A DNA stretch of 45,970 nucleotides from Raillietiella orientalis (GCA_036172245.1 JAYWIR010000006.1:5952001-5997970); one strand, 5' to 3'. Shown: positions 1-12,429, counted from the stretch's first letter. Made by a program: numbers and translations. The notes: generated by a model from the sequence alone, not told the origin.

Positions 1-125
1 CTGGGGCCGCCTGCCGGGATACCTAGGATCGTCGCGAAGCGATCCCAAAGGGATCGGAGGGCAGCAGAGTCTAGCGACAGGTGCGGGAGGGCTTCATTCT
101 CCCCACGCCGCCGCACTGACAGATG
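1..125 (-). mobile_element. Degraded Tx1-like ORF2 C-terminal zinc-finger fragment (runs off window start)
   Basis: Minus strand reads RRGENEALPHLSLDSAALRSLWDRFATILGIP, matching CAERETLPHLLVDCAALRSLWERL in copy B (33798-34232). Confidence 0.8.
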
Positions 126-189
126 GTGGAACTCCTCTTGGGGGTTTCTCCGTTTTCCCTGCTTTCCTTCCAGATTTTTCTTCTCCAGA

Positions 190-265
190 AAGTAATGAAA
201 ATACATTGGTGTGGTAATAAGAAAAATACATTGGTGTGATAAAACTCTCGTTCCTGCCACGTGCT
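190..265 (-). repeat. Piece of the Tx1-like 3' UTR with a local duplication
   Basis: Reverse complement GCACGTGGCAGGAACGAGAGTTTTATCACACCAATGTATT resembles GCACGTGGTAGAACCAGGGGTTCTACCACACCAATGTATT at ~15494-15533. CACACCAATGTATTTT occurs twice here. Confidence 0.65.
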
Positions 266-299
266 ACCCCAAAGAGCGGTTTTCTGTTTTTTGGTTCGC

Positions 300-955
300 T
301 GAGGATGAAACGTTCGCTCCTTTAGAGGGAACTCACGGAGCTCTTTGACGCCGTCCACATCACCCGAGGATGCGTATCAATCTTCCAGTTAGGAGGCAAC
401 CTTGGAGTGACCGCCCTATGAGTCCAGAAGATCCTGGAGGATGGAGTTCGTTCCTCTCACACGTGGGAGAGAATCCCAAAGATAATTCTTTCTTGCTCTC
501 TCCAGAGGGATGCCTCGGAGGGGATCACTTCTCTGGAGGGAGCCCCGCAAGGGAACTACTCCCTGTTTCCTCCTCCTCCGAAGAAAACGCCGAAGGGGCG
601 CTTCCCAATTTCTCTGAAGGGCACTGCCCGAAGGGAGCAGCGCGCTTCTCCACACTCTGGAGAGGCGATTCCTCTCTCCCCCCCTAGGGGGTTGTCAAGC
701 AGCTTAAGGTGTGGCTTCCTTTTCACGACCGGAGGGGGACCACGAAGGGAATGGACTCCTTGATTCCTGAAAGGGACCTCGGATGGTCGACTTCCATTCC
801 CGACCACTCATCGGAAGCGCGCCGTACCCGAGTGTAGGTCAACCAGGGTCATTCTGCGGGGGTGACTCGAGACCCACGACGCCTCCCCTCCATTTCTCGG
901 TGTCGACTCTTCGTCCCCCACGGGCGGGATTCGAACCAGCGCCTGGCTCCCGGCG
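300..955 (-). repeat. Unclassified repeat X, copy 1
   Basis: Reverse complement aligns by eye to 12430-12655 and 14145-14510, and to 4250-4640. Shared translated pieces include PFREIGKRPFGVFF versus PFREIGKRAFGVLF. Confidence 0.8.
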
Positions 956-1009
956 CCTCAGCTCAGGAACAAAAGAGTCCCAAAGATCGGCGAACGCGGA
1001 CCCAAAGAG

Positions 1010-1350
1010 TCTGGGAGTCAAGGAGAGACCTTTCAGGGCTTCAAAAGTTGATCGGTTGAACCACGGTCAGATGAAAGTCTCGCAGAGTTGCGCAAGCAGC
1101 TGGAATGCCGAATTCAGGGACTCCGAAAACGTGCTGCAGGCCGATCGTCCCCCCTCGGTGGTTCGAAACCCACGGATTTTGCTCCTTTCGTGCTGCAGCC
1201 CTCCTCCTCACCTGCCAGCTTCACTGGGGCGCGTCCTCATGGGTGGCCTGGAAGCGAACAACTAGGAGCACAGGGAAGCGCCGTCTTTTGAGCGGTAGGC
1301 AAGCACTCCGTGGAGGCTCTGGGGATGCATCTCTGCGTGCTGCTGGCGAC
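1010..1350 (+). mobile_element. Highly degraded Tx1-like ORF2 3' fragment
   Basis: AAGTTGATCGGTTGAACCACGG resembles AAGTTGATCAGCGGCTGGTCCACGG in copy B. AALLL..LHWG resembles SALLLLHWG. Confidence 0.4.
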
Positions 1351-1520
1351 CGTCTCCTGTTTCGTTCGTAGGCGTTCATCCCTTTCCCAAGCCCTAGCCT
1401 GTTTGCTCCCTCGGAGGACAAAAGCGTCCCTTTCCTCCTGCGTCCTCTCTTTGATTAACCATTGAGGAAATGCCACAAATTAAAGGTTTCTTTTCCAGTG
1501 CAAATCAAAATCCCAGAAGC

Positions 1521-2889
1521 CGAAATCCCAAAAGATCTTAAAAATAAATGCACATGTTTAATATATATATGTATGTATATATATTCATATATATATTAAT
1601 GTATAGACAAATATATGCTTTATGAATTATAAAAAGTAAACATACCGTCATATTGTGTATATTACTGAGTATATATTTATAAATAGATTAATATACAGAT
1701 TCATTATTACATTATTAATATTTATTGATATGCCTATTATTAATGTAATATTCTTTTAACATATGTGTTTACTAATATTTATCAATGTACATATTTCAGA
1801 TATAATTTATAATATGTTCATTATTTATAGATATGCATATTTGCATATAGATAAATGAAAGGATGTTGTAAAAAATTATAAAAAACCATGAAAAAATATT
1901 TTGTTGCACAATTCAAGATAATTAATAACATGTCTGACACATATATTAGTACATGTATTTGTATGCACTGTGAAGATCATAAAAATAAATACGTGTGTTT
2001 ATTGTATATATTAATACGTACATTGATATATACATTAATATATGGATTCATGCGGACTCTAAAGATTGAGGAATATAAATATATATACCTATTATGCATA
2101 CTGCTATATGTATTTATGTGTAGATTAATGGACAAATTTATTTTACATACGTATTTTTAATATAATTAATAAAATTAATTTATATGTATTCTTAATATAT
2201 ATATTCAAAACTAAAAAATATATATGTATTTGTTTATTATGTATATGAAATGTATTCATACACACGATGAGTATATATGAAATAAATACATAAATATGGA
2301 ATCCGAAACCGTTTGTCGAACGATGAAAAACCCGAAATTCGAATTCGCCATTTTCTGAAGGCGCGCCCGCCATTCGTCGAGTGTGGGAAATGGCAGGAAA
2401 AGGAAAATACCAAAACTCCTTTTTGTTCTTCAGATTTTTTGCCACAGTTTTTTATCACCACCATTATTTTTTTTAATATTTTTTGCACGCTAATATATTC
2501 TTTTAATATATACATTTTCATTGTGTACATCAATACACATCAATTTTCCTAAAAAAAGCACATATATGTTCATACAAAACACACATTTATAAGAACACAT
2601 ATATTTTACAATCTCTCACATACACTGATACTGTGTTAAAATATATTATTAATTATATTTGTAATACATCTTGACAAATATTAATAAATATGCTGCTAAA
2701 ATAATTCGTATCTTTATTTACACATATATAAATCTATATATTATTCACATACATTAATATACAGATACATTAGTATAATAGGCATATATAAACTTGCCTT
2801 TTTATGATTTTGATAAATGTATGATTTTACGTATACATTAACTGTATAACAAACATATGAGTTTGTTATAAAGATCTTTCGGGATATCG
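1521..2889. mobile_element. AT-rich non-coding foldback/MITE-like element with inverted ends
   Basis: 1521-1559 and the reverse complement of 2851-2889 match at 31/39 positions. Further internal inverted similarity (e.g. ATATGCCTATTAT at ~1729 versus its reverse complement at ~2774). Abrupt AT/GC transition at both edges. No credible ORF. Confidence 0.65.
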
Positions 2890-3869
2890 AACCGAACGCT
2901 TTCTCTTCGATCCCGACTGATGAAGAAAGCCCTTGTTGCATCTCAAGAAGGAAGGATTGCCGTCAGCTTTTCGTCTCGCCCTCACCCTGAATCAGCTGCC
3001 ACCTGAGACCGAAACCAAGGCGACCCAGAGCAGCTTGAAAGCAGCACGCGCCTCACCAGGCGCTCATCTTCCTCAGAGATTCTCGATGAGGGAAGTTCCG
3101 CTTTTCTGAAGCTTCGGATTCGCGACCACCACCCGCCACCACGGAACCTACCACTGACTTCTTCACCGGGTGACGTCAGGGGAAGCTGCTTCGGGTACGC
3201 TGAGCCAAGCAAAGCTGGAATTCCGGCGACTCCTTTTGGTATCGGCTGAGGCGATCTTTCAAACTCAATAGGGTCGTTCAGTCAGATCACGGAAGTAGGG
3301 ATGTAATCTGCTCCCGCGGGATTCATCACGAGCAGACCCTGCCGCGCCCCAGTTCGGGCTTTCGCGTGCGATCATCGTCCAGCCCTGGACACGGAAACTG
3401 GCCTTCCATAGGGAGTTCGGCGGCGTGGCTGCAGAGCCCTGAAGTTGCGAAGCCAGAGCTCCGCTCCCGGGATTCTTCCTCGTTTCAGTATGCGCAGATG
3501 CTATGCAGAGTGCGGACTCCATCGGCTTCGCAGCACTTTCCTCCTTCACGTCATCCTGTGCATGCAGATAGCGACTTTTGGACTGATCCAACGGGCGTTG
3601 CTCCCTCTCTGCTGGACGTGCTTCCGCAAAACGACTTCCAGGAGAGGTCCGCAGCTCCTCCTCGAGGGTCCAGTGTATTCCCCTTACATCACCGGATCCC
3701 GCCCCGGAAGGTACCCTAATGCTTCTCTCGAATCGCCCAAGAAAAGCAACGCGTTGGTGTTGAAGGATGATGATGACGGTTCCGGGTGTGGCAGTGGCAG
3801 AAAGTCGGATGCCCCCCGTTAACCGGCCTGAATCGAAAGTCGACCGTCCGGGGCCCCCTTCCAGGACAT

Positions 3870-4105
3870 TGAGGAGTTGGCGGCGTTCCTATATCCAGGC
3901 TTCCGTGGTCGCGGTTTCCCACTGTCACGACTCCTTACCGTGATCGCGGCCGGGGGTGGCCCGTGAAGAAGCGTCTTGGAGTGCCCTGAACAAGACAATT
4001 GTCTTGTTCAGAAACGCGACCAAACAAAGACACACCCTGGTGCCAGGTGCGGGAAGATTTCCCTTCCTCTCATTGTATTCGCCAGGGTCTGGAGACGCGC
4101 CCCCC
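3870..4105 (-). repeat. Unclassified repeat Y, copy 1
   Basis: Reverse complement aligns to 16575-16810; shared words include CTCCAGACC, CTGAACAAGACAA, CCAAGACGCTTCTTCA, GGAGTCGTGACAGTG and GGAAGCCTGGATA. Confidence 0.8.
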
Positions 4106-4212
4106 TCCTCCCCCTCTCCGGTTCAGTAGTGACTGTATGCGTAGCTTGGGACGGACCACGGCAGCCGGAACCGCAACAAGAGGTGAACCACGAAGGCGCT
4201 GCGGAGAAGGAA

Positions 4213-4710
4213 CCCTCGTCGCGTATCATGGAGCTGGTAAACTGATATCTCTCCAGAGTGTCAAGAAGCTCGCCGCTTCCTCCGGGTAGAGGCCCTTTAG
4301 GGAAATCGGAAAGCATCCCTCCGGGGTTCTCTTCAGAGGAGGAAACAGGGAGCGGATCCTTTCCGGAGGTCCTCCCGGAGAAAAAACAAAGAAGCCGTCC
4401 CCTCTGGGGAGTCCCTCCGGAAAGAATAAAAGACAGGTTTCCTTTGGGGTTCCCTTTGGAGACAACCAAGACGCAGATACCATTCGGGGTTCCCTCTCAA
4501 GAGTAAGAGGAGGGACTCCTTCCTCTGGAGCTTTCCTGGATTCATGGGGCGGTCCTCACGGGGTCGCCCTTCCACCTTAACCTGAAGAGCGACACGCGCC
4601 TCCAGGTGGTATGGACAGCTTCAAAGAGCTTCATGAGTGCCGTAAGGGGGAGGCGAATGGCTCTTCAGTACTTAGCGAACGAAAAAAAGGAAAAGCACGA
4701 ATCCAGAGAA
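4213..4710 (+). repeat. Unclassified repeat X, copy 2
   Basis: Colinear with 14112-14600; shared words include TTTAGGGAAATCGGAAAGC, GTCCCTCCGGAAAGAATAAAAGACA, GGGACTCCTTCCTCTGGAGC and CCTTAACCTGAAGAG. Confidence 0.85.
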
Positions 4711-4889
4711 ATTCGTGGTCGCTGAATCCGTGAAGCCGTAGAGTTCTCAAGAAATCTCATAGATTCAGTTCCCATCATCGTCATCTTCCTGCGAAAGGTC
4801 ACAGAGGTCTCCTGAAGCCGAATGAAACATCAAGCTCACCGGCGAGGGAGGCCCTCTCAGCACTCCTTAATCTCACCTAATTTCTTCGT

Positions 4890-5362
4890 CCGAAGGAACT
4901 AGGTGATTGAACCACGGGACAGCTCACAGACGCTGCGACCCTATGTACCTCACCGAAAGGACTACTGCACTGGGGTGAGCTGCTGGGAATCCCGCGGGAA
5001 GACCTCGAGTGGCCCTCAAAGCTGAAAAACAACCGGCAGTGGCAGGAGTCGGCACTTCTGCTGTTGCACTGGGGTCTCCCGTGCAATGCCCGCCGGTCTC
5101 ACTGGACCTGGGGGACTGTGGACCCCAACTACTGCAGGTGGGGGGAACGGGAATCCCTCCCACACCTGCTTGTAGACTGTGTTGCCCACCGGCCCCTGTG
5201 GTTGAGTTACACAACGGACCTTGGTGCACCGACGGACAATCCCAGGGACATCTCTTTCGTGAGCGAAGCCCTTTCGCCTGCCGCATCCCCAGCAGCTCTT
5301 GGATGCTACCTGTGCGAGCTTACGGCGGCCTGAGCTACTCGAGGGGAGCACGGCACGATAGG
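4890..5362 (+). mobile_element. Degraded Tx1-like ORF2 3' fragment
   Basis: Reads GLLHWGELLG..WQESALLLLHWGLPCNARRSHWTWGTVDPNYCRWGERESLPHLLVDC, homologous to copies A and B. Confidence 0.9.
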
Positions 5363-5366
5363 TTTG

Positions 5367-5830
5367 AACCCGGTCACGCCGGGACGTTTATTCCACAAAA
5401 CAAAACACAAACTTGAAGGGATCCGCCCAAGACACAAGAAACGCCCATACAAAAAGTTCAACCCGGAAAACCACCAGCACGTAGGCCGGCTTCAAAAAAG
5501 AAGGGAGCGGAGGGACAGGACACAAAATAAACAAAAAAACAGGAAAGGGTGGAAACAGGGTTCTTTGTTATGAAACAGTCCTCTTCTTCTAGAAGCGCCG
5601 CTTGACGATGGCGACTTTTCTGGGAAGATGAAGCTACCTTGCAACTGTCTTCATAAGGCTGGCGGCTATCCTTTCTTCGCGAACTTCCTTCGACCTTTCT
5701 GCGGGCCGTCACGATGGCGCGGATGCAACAGATTGCTGCGACCACAGCGCCTTTGGCGAAGGACTCGCAGCCCTGTTTGCCGCCGGCTCCCATCCTGCGG
5801 CTTCCCTCTCCGGTGTGTCGCGACTCTGGT
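5367..5830 (-). mobile_element. Degraded Tx1-like 3' end
   Basis: AAICCIRAIVTA motif, T-rich UTR and terminal AATAAACGTCCCGGCGTGACCGGGT on the minus strand. Confidence 0.8.
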
Positions 5831-5837
5831 GAGGGTG

Positions 5838-6963
5838 AACACGTGGATTCGCTGCCGCCCTGCAAATACTCCGGCCTGGCGGCAGGAGAAAGTGAGAACG
5901 TGGGTCCAGATCACCCGAGCCCCGCCGGAAGCTACCCGCTGCCAAGAGTTTCAGGAGAACAGAGGAAGAACACTGGAAACAGTGGGTAGTGAGCTGACCA
6001 TGTTGGCCTACCCACGAGCCATCCCCTTCGCCGCAACTGTGCCCTCCGCTGTCCATGTACATGGCACCTGCCTACCGGGGAAGTGGGAGGTTTCTTGCGA
6101 GATCTCGGCCTGCAGAAAGCCTATCAGTGGCTGGACTCCGCAGCAGCTGGTTGACGCGGCAACAGCAAGAACCGTCTCCAAAGGACTGGAACGTTGGGGA
6201 GAACTCTTCTCCATTCAGCCCGAAGAGTTGGAAGTGCCACCGTGTTCATTGACAAGAATCTGCCTCCCCTCAAGTGGGAGCAATCAGCGCTGATGATACT
6301 GTAGTGGGGTTTTCCGTGTAATGCGCGCCGGCACCACTGGATGAGGGGAAGCGCATCTCCAAACTGTGCCAGGTATGGAGAGAAGGAGACTTTCTCCCAC
6401 CTCATAGTGCAGTGTGTCGCCCTCCTGGAACTGTGGGAACTGCGTCCCTTCCTCACCCTGCGGACGATCCCAAAGACTCTTTGAGGTTCCTCTTCGTGTG
6501 GGACGCCATAACGCCTGCAGCCGCAATCTCAGCTCTGTGCTGCTTGCGCGCTGTCGTCGCGGCGAGGTGCAACGCCGAGGGAGGCCAGAGCGACGGGGGA
6601 ACTGTCCCGCACGTCATCCGCTTCCTGCACATAGCTTTGGGATGGCCCCACCTGGAAAGGGAGAAGGAGGAGCTCGCCAGCATCCTTCAACGGATGCAAA
6701 GGCCTCACCCACCACGAAATGTGATCCCTTCCCTTCCCCCCCAACTAATTTTTGTTTTTGTTTTATTTTTTTTTTTTTTTGAGGGGGGATGCTTGTTATA
6801 GTTTGTTTTCATTTTATATTTTGTTTCATCCTCCCTTCCCATTCGTGGATGTGATGGACCTCTCCGGCTGCCTCCTTCTTTCTGGTATAACAATGGGATT
6901 TGATGGGCCATCGGCTCCATCGATTCCTGTAACAGAATAAACGCCCCGCCGTACCCGTGTGTG
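5838..6963 (+). mobile_element. Degraded Tx1-like ORF2 3' part plus 3' UTR
   Basis: Reads WIRCRPANTPAW..KWEVSCEIS..GWTPQQLVDA..ALCCLRAVVAA..WPHL, followed by TGATCCC, a poly-T tract, AATAAA and a degenerate terminal hairpin. Confidence 0.9.
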
Positions 6964-7925
6964 AAATCACAGAGCCATTCTTCAGTCCGCCTTCGCTGAA
7001 GAAGCGTTGTAGCAGGTTGATGGCAGTGTCCTGGGGACGACGAAGTGCCGAAACAAGTCGCCGCCATAACTGCCGCAAGTCACTGAAGTCCAGAAGTAGG
7101 TGCGGAAGCGATTCTATCGCCCCGCACATGAGGCAGTTCGGGGAGGCAGCTTCACCGGAAACCAGGTTTCTCGCTGATTGCACTGGAAGCCCCAGTGCAG
7201 GAATGGCAGAACATCCTGTTCCCAGCGAAGCGGGAACGCACAAAGAAGGGACCACCAGTTCTTCGGGGGGTACACCAAGAAGTTCACTTCACTGAAGGAG
7301 TCCATTTGCACGGTGATGAGGAGTGGCAGCATCCACCAAATCGCTCGTTTTGCAGCCGCTCAGGAGATTTTCGACTCCTGCAATCCTGCAGGAGAACTCC
7401 CACCCTACCGGTTGGCTACTATCGTTGTTTGCCCTGAGGGCAGATAGCGCTGCGGCCAGGGGTGAGACGGCTACCCAGGACCAAAGCGCCCCGTCCTGTA
7501 GGATGACTCCTAGCGGTCTGCGTAGGAACCCTATAGAGGTCGCAGTTGCTCTGGACACACATCCAAAGTGGAAGTCCACTGTTCCAGAGCTTCCTGCTGC
7601 CATGCATTCCAGTTAAAGGGGCGTCAGGTGATCCAGGAATGGGCTAAAAACAGCGAGGACAAATGCCTCAGAGAATAGCCAAATCCAGTCCTCCGGCGTA
7701 GGTTGAGTGGCAACAACGAAAGAAGTCCTGCACTGCCGACGCATCGCTGGAGGATATGGCGAGCCGAAGCACACCAGTGAGATGACCACAATTTCCGACA
7801 TAGGGAGAGAAGCCGGAACTGTACCTGCGGTCCAATCTTCTCGATGGTCAGGATGCCCAAGCCAGTTTCCTGGAGTGGCGCCACCAAATCTTTGAGGAGA
7901 ATCCGGGATCGTGCAGCGCCCACAA
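6964..7925 (-). mobile_element. Degraded Tx1-like ORF2 internal/3' fragment (divergent subfamily)
   Basis: Reads RILLKDLVAPLQETGLGILTIEK and CLMCGAIESLPHLLLD; cut off at the 3' terminus of the plus-strand copy. Confidence 0.85.
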
Positions 7926-7929
7926 GGTT

Positions 7930-8327
7930 TTACGGTGGAGACGCTGCGCCCGGAGTTTCACCAAATAGGGGGGGATGGCACGATAGGAACGCCATCTGCT
8001 TCGCTTTGCGCTTCCTGCAGACGGCAGCAAGAAGGCCCCATCTGGGACATACTCAGATGGAAATCGCCGGCATCCTGGAAAGGATGTTGAGGACGCCCTC
8101 CAGCTCCCGGTGACCTCTTCCCTAACCCTCCCAATTTTTTGTCTACATTTTTTTGTTTATTTTTCATTTTTTGTTTGCCTTCTCCCCTCCTCCGCTGCAG
8201 AGGAGAACCTTGCTGGCCTGCATGTCGGTTACTCGGCAGGTTCCGAGCATTTTCGGACAACGTAGGTCCAATGGCCTTACAAATGCATGTTTATTTTTGA
8301 TAACAAATGTCCCGGAGTGACCAGGTG
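7930..8327 (+). mobile_element. Tx1-like extreme 3' end
   Basis: Reads HDRNAICFALRFLQTAARRPHLG..GILERM then a stop, a T-rich UTR and terminal CCCGGAGTGACCAGGTG. Confidence 0.85.
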
Positions 8328-9039
8328 ATAAACCTTCTTGGAACGCTTGTCAGAATGGATCATGTATTCTAGGTCACGGACAGTTCAACTGAGGTCTTCT
8401 GTGAGCATCTTTCATCTGCCATCCAAATCAAGCACGTACACACTTTCATCTTGACAACGTTCTCAGATATCCAGAGGGCCTTCGAGTTCTCCGCAGTTCC
8501 ACCAGCACTCGTGGGGGTAAATTTTGGTTTCACGATGAAACCGTTCCGTTCTCCACGTGACCAAATCTTTTCCCTGGGGAGTTGATCAAGGCACTCCTTA
8601 AACGTGTGGTTCTCTGAAGCATCCAGCTCACCTAATAGGTGAATGTTGAGTCACTGCTGTTTGCTTGGTACACAATCAAATTTTCACCGATAAAGGACAC
8701 ACAAACCAATGAATTGCATGTGTCCTTCATTCCCATCCGTGGTTTCTATCTCCCTGTGCTAAGGACGCGAAATGGACGGCATCAAAAACGTGCTTAAATG
8801 ACTCTTTAGGGGATGTGTTTTAATGGAGAAGACAACAAGAAAGGCATTCGATTTTCATGGCTTCAGAAAGGCACCAGAGAATTTCCTGCTCGCTGGAAAA
8901 CTGCAATGCGGTTTCAGAATTCTGCATTTCCTTCCCATTTATTTGTTCTTGAAGTTCTCACTTTTAGGCACGTCTCCATTACAAACATCGCAGCCCAAAA
9001 GAGAAAAACTTCAATAAGACCAGCCACTCTTCTCCCTGT

Positions 9040-9990
9040 TTGCTTCACGCTACCAATGTTTCCAACTTTACTGAATGGCAGAGCAACCTTCTAAATCCCA
9101 GCAGGTTTTTCTCTTCCAAACATCAGACTGTCTTTGTGGTGAGCGAACCCATGAATGCTGCTCTTTACGAAGAGCTGCCGGCTGATAAAAGCAGGATGAA
9201 CATCACGGTCGCCAGTTGGACTGCCATCGTGCAGGTTCCTTTGATCGGAACGTCAGTAAGAACACTCGCTCAAAGTGTTGAAAGATGTGCTGACCCCGTT
9301 GCCCGAGCCCAACTTGCCCAATCTTGTGCATGTCTCGGTAGTTCCGAAGTCGAAAAGAAGACAACTTGCGGAAGACTCAGCACCATTTCCCTAGAAGCAC
9401 CGGAAACAGCGAATCTGTTGAACGGGTTCCGTGTGTATCATGCTGTCATGGAAGTGCGCATCAATAACTGTATGGACTCTGGAAATAGCCCAATGAAAAA
9501 CTCATGAAAGGAATGCTCGTAATAGACTCACTTGGTGAGAATTTTGGTTCACTTATTCAACAACAGTTCACCCTTTATTACTGCGCTGAAGAAATGCAGG
9601 AAAATTGTTGAGAATGTCTTGTCGGTGATATCAGAGGCGGAGGGTTTGGGAGGTTTTGTTTTGCTTGCTTGCTTTTCGCTTTGCTGGGAATCCTTTCAGA
9701 TCCATCGAAGGGAGCTTGCGGAGAATTCAATTCTTTGTCTTCGTGGAGAAATTCAAGAGCGAAGGAATATTTTCGATTTTTGAAAGAAACTGGTCTTCTT
9801 CCTTGGACTCTAGGAAGACAGAGAACATCCAATCTAAACTGGCTGCAAAGCTTACTGCAATCTCGAGTTCTGGGGTAGCGTTGGAAACCGTAAAGACGAT
9901 GGAATCTGGCAGTCCCTGCTGTCGTTTACAAGAAGGAGACCAAAGCTGCTCTTACAAATAGTATACCTTTTCATGTTACGACCGCAGAAC
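9040..9990 (+). pseudogene. Possible degraded coding sequence of unknown origin
   Basis: ORFs 9040-9507 and 9532-9783 share one frame, and the frame continues protein-like through a few stops. No family recognised. Confidence 0.25.
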
Positions 9991-10089
9991 TGATCGTCCA
10001 ATAAGATAGGAGCTTCAAAGCTTTAGGCTCGGCTCATCTTCCAAGACAAGACGTCGATTGCTGAAATCCTAACTGGTATTCCAGAACTG

Positions 10090-10445
10090 CAACTTGGATA
10101 ACGCCCCTATCTTTTTTTCTTCGGACGCCTTTCTCCACGCCGCCACAATCCCGCAGATGCAGCAAAGCGCTGCAAGGGTTGTGGCTGACTACAGAGCGTC
10201 CCGCACGAAGAGGAGCCGTAAAACATTCCTGGAGGTGCCAATCGGGATTCCGACTGTCGTTCCGAAACGTCCCCATAGGGGCCGGAGGGCAAAGCAGTCC
10301 ACGAGCAGGTGCGGAATCCCGTTGCCCGCACCTGCGACTCGCGCTCGCCCTTCCCAGCGTCCAATGGTGTCGCCGTGCGTTGCAAGGAAGACCTCAGTGC
10401 AACAGCATAAATGACGCCTCCTGCCAATTCAGGAAGAGCTCTCGA
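10090..10445 (-). mobile_element. Degraded Tx1-like ORF2 zinc-finger fragment
   Basis: Reads WQEASFMLLH*GLPCNARRHHWT..PHLLVDCFALRPLWGRF..LAALCCICGIVAAW. Confidence 0.9.
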
Positions 10446-10619
10446 CTGCATGCGCATTGGGAACTCACAAGCGACTCCAACACGACCACAACTATGTTAC
10501 TAAGAATCTGACGTGAAATCTCAGTCTAACGAGTCTGTAAAAAAAGTCAGTCCACTGAAATTGTCGGACATCATCACATCCACGGATACCTGGCTCAACC
10601 GTGCGATACTTACCTGGCT

Positions 10620-12240
10620 TTGACGCATTCTCGGTGCAGTTGAGTCAATGGAGAAGACACTAAGCTTGAAGATCAATTCCCGGAAGTCGCATCTGTTGCT
10701 CATCGGCACCCTGCACCTCTCCGCGATAACGGAGAAAAGATACCACGAGAAATGCGACGTCGAATATCTGGGCATCCCCATCGGTGGCGCCTCATCTTTG
10801 CAGCTGTTGTGGACAGAATCCTGGAGAAAGCACGGGAAGAAGCAGCGAAGTGCGTCCGAGTCGACATCAACGTGAAGCAGAGGGCTAACTGGTAGTACGT
10901 CATGATTCTTCCCAAACTACTCTTCGGGGCCGCCTTCTAGCGCGTGGACAAGAAGACAAGAACGGAAGTAGAGCAGCCGCAGAAGAAGAACATCTGGCGG
11001 GGGCTCCAGCCGCGGGTCGGGCTCAAGGTGTTGTGCCACCCGCGAGAGGAAGGTGGGACCGGGATGAAGTCGCTGTCACAAAGTGACCACGTGGATGCGC
11101 GACAAATCTTGGTTCTCACTATCGAAATGGGGCAGTGGCCTTAAGCACCTCAAAGAGCTTACTCAAAGCTGGTTAACAATTCGAGTGACCTGATGTCGGC
11201 GCTCATAGGCAAGCATGGAGAATGGGAGCAAGAAGGGAGAAGGGAGAAGGGAACAGGCACCGGTGGGAAAACACCATCTCAAGATAGTGCCGCGAAGCAA
11301 ACAACTGTGGAACTGGCCATGGTCATCCCGTACTTTGCACCGGTACCCAGGGAAACCTGGAAGTGGATATTTCAGAGACCAGCAATGACCATCCGCGACT
11401 GCGAACAGTTTGCGACCAGTAGCAACTAGTAGTCCACAAGATGCAACCGTTTCGCTACGGGCGAAGTATTAGAGGAAAATTCACCTGCAAAAAGCGAGAG
11501 CTTTGGAAACATCAGGCAGCCAACGCCTGGATCCTGGCAACCAAAGTCAACATCCGCGACATAATCATGGACAACTACCGGGAAGTAGATGTCCTCGTCA
11601 CGGCTGCCAATCGCTACGGGACCAGAATGGCGAATCTGCATGCGGCTGGAACTACAGTCTCTGAGAGAGACTTACCACCAGACACTCAGTAATGTTATAC
11701 CATGGAGGTATTCTTAGTGAAGCAGCATGAAGTACTGAACGGAAAACATGGATGAAGAACTCTGCAAGGCGTGTGGCAGCAAGGAAACCCATCTCCACGT
11801 CCCCACCTGCCCGACCCTGCGCCAGGATCGGAGCACGCTGAAGGCGACGACTGGCCTGCAGAGAACCACAAGAATGTAGATTTTGGCGAGACTGTTCCAT
11901 GGGAACGCAAATGAACAGCATTACAACCCAGTGGCTCGGACCACCATCTTCCTCTTCACCATGAGCGCCGTGTTAAGAAGGGCAAAGATGAGCAGCACGG
12001 GGGATACAGCTCCTACAGTCAACATGCTACAGGCACTGATCGAACGACAAACGGGGACCAGAAACTGCGGCAGCATAACCGCCTCGACGTTCCGTTACAA
12101 TCTTGAAGGAGATAGTGGACGTTGCTCAAGCGAGTGAATTGCCCTCTGACTCCCAGCAACCCTAACGAAACTTTGGATCAAGTATGTGAATCAGTATGCC
12201 TGAATTCGTTGTGTAAAAATGTGTTGATCAATAAATTGAT
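10620..12240 (+). mobile_element. Degraded 3' half of a second, distinct L1/Tx1-clade family
   Basis: RT thumb motifs LKINSRKS and EYLGIPIG, then LCHPREEGGTG, zinc finger CKACGSKETHLHVPTC, and AATAAA near 12230. Many stops and frameshifts. Confidence 0.75.
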
Positions 12241-12429
12241 CTTCCCTCTGGTCGGACTGGAAGAGTCACAACCGCACAGCAAGCGTCTCGAACTCTTGTC
12301 GTGAGAGCTACTCAGGCGCTGCAAGAGTGCAGCGGGCAACTCATCTACTGCGTAATCGCGAGATCAAGTCAAAAAAAAAAAAAAAACAAGCACAGGAAGT
12401 CGGCCACCGTGTGGCTGCGGCATCCGCTC

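Noticed and set aside
925..940. B-box GGTTCGAATCC suggesting a tRNA or tRNA-derived SINE
   Set aside because: No A-box or cloverleaf, and the homologous site in X copy 3 reads GGTTCGAATAC.
2895..2935. Hammerhead-like CTGATGA..GAAA
   Set aside because: No stem II and only a 2-bp stem I can be formed.
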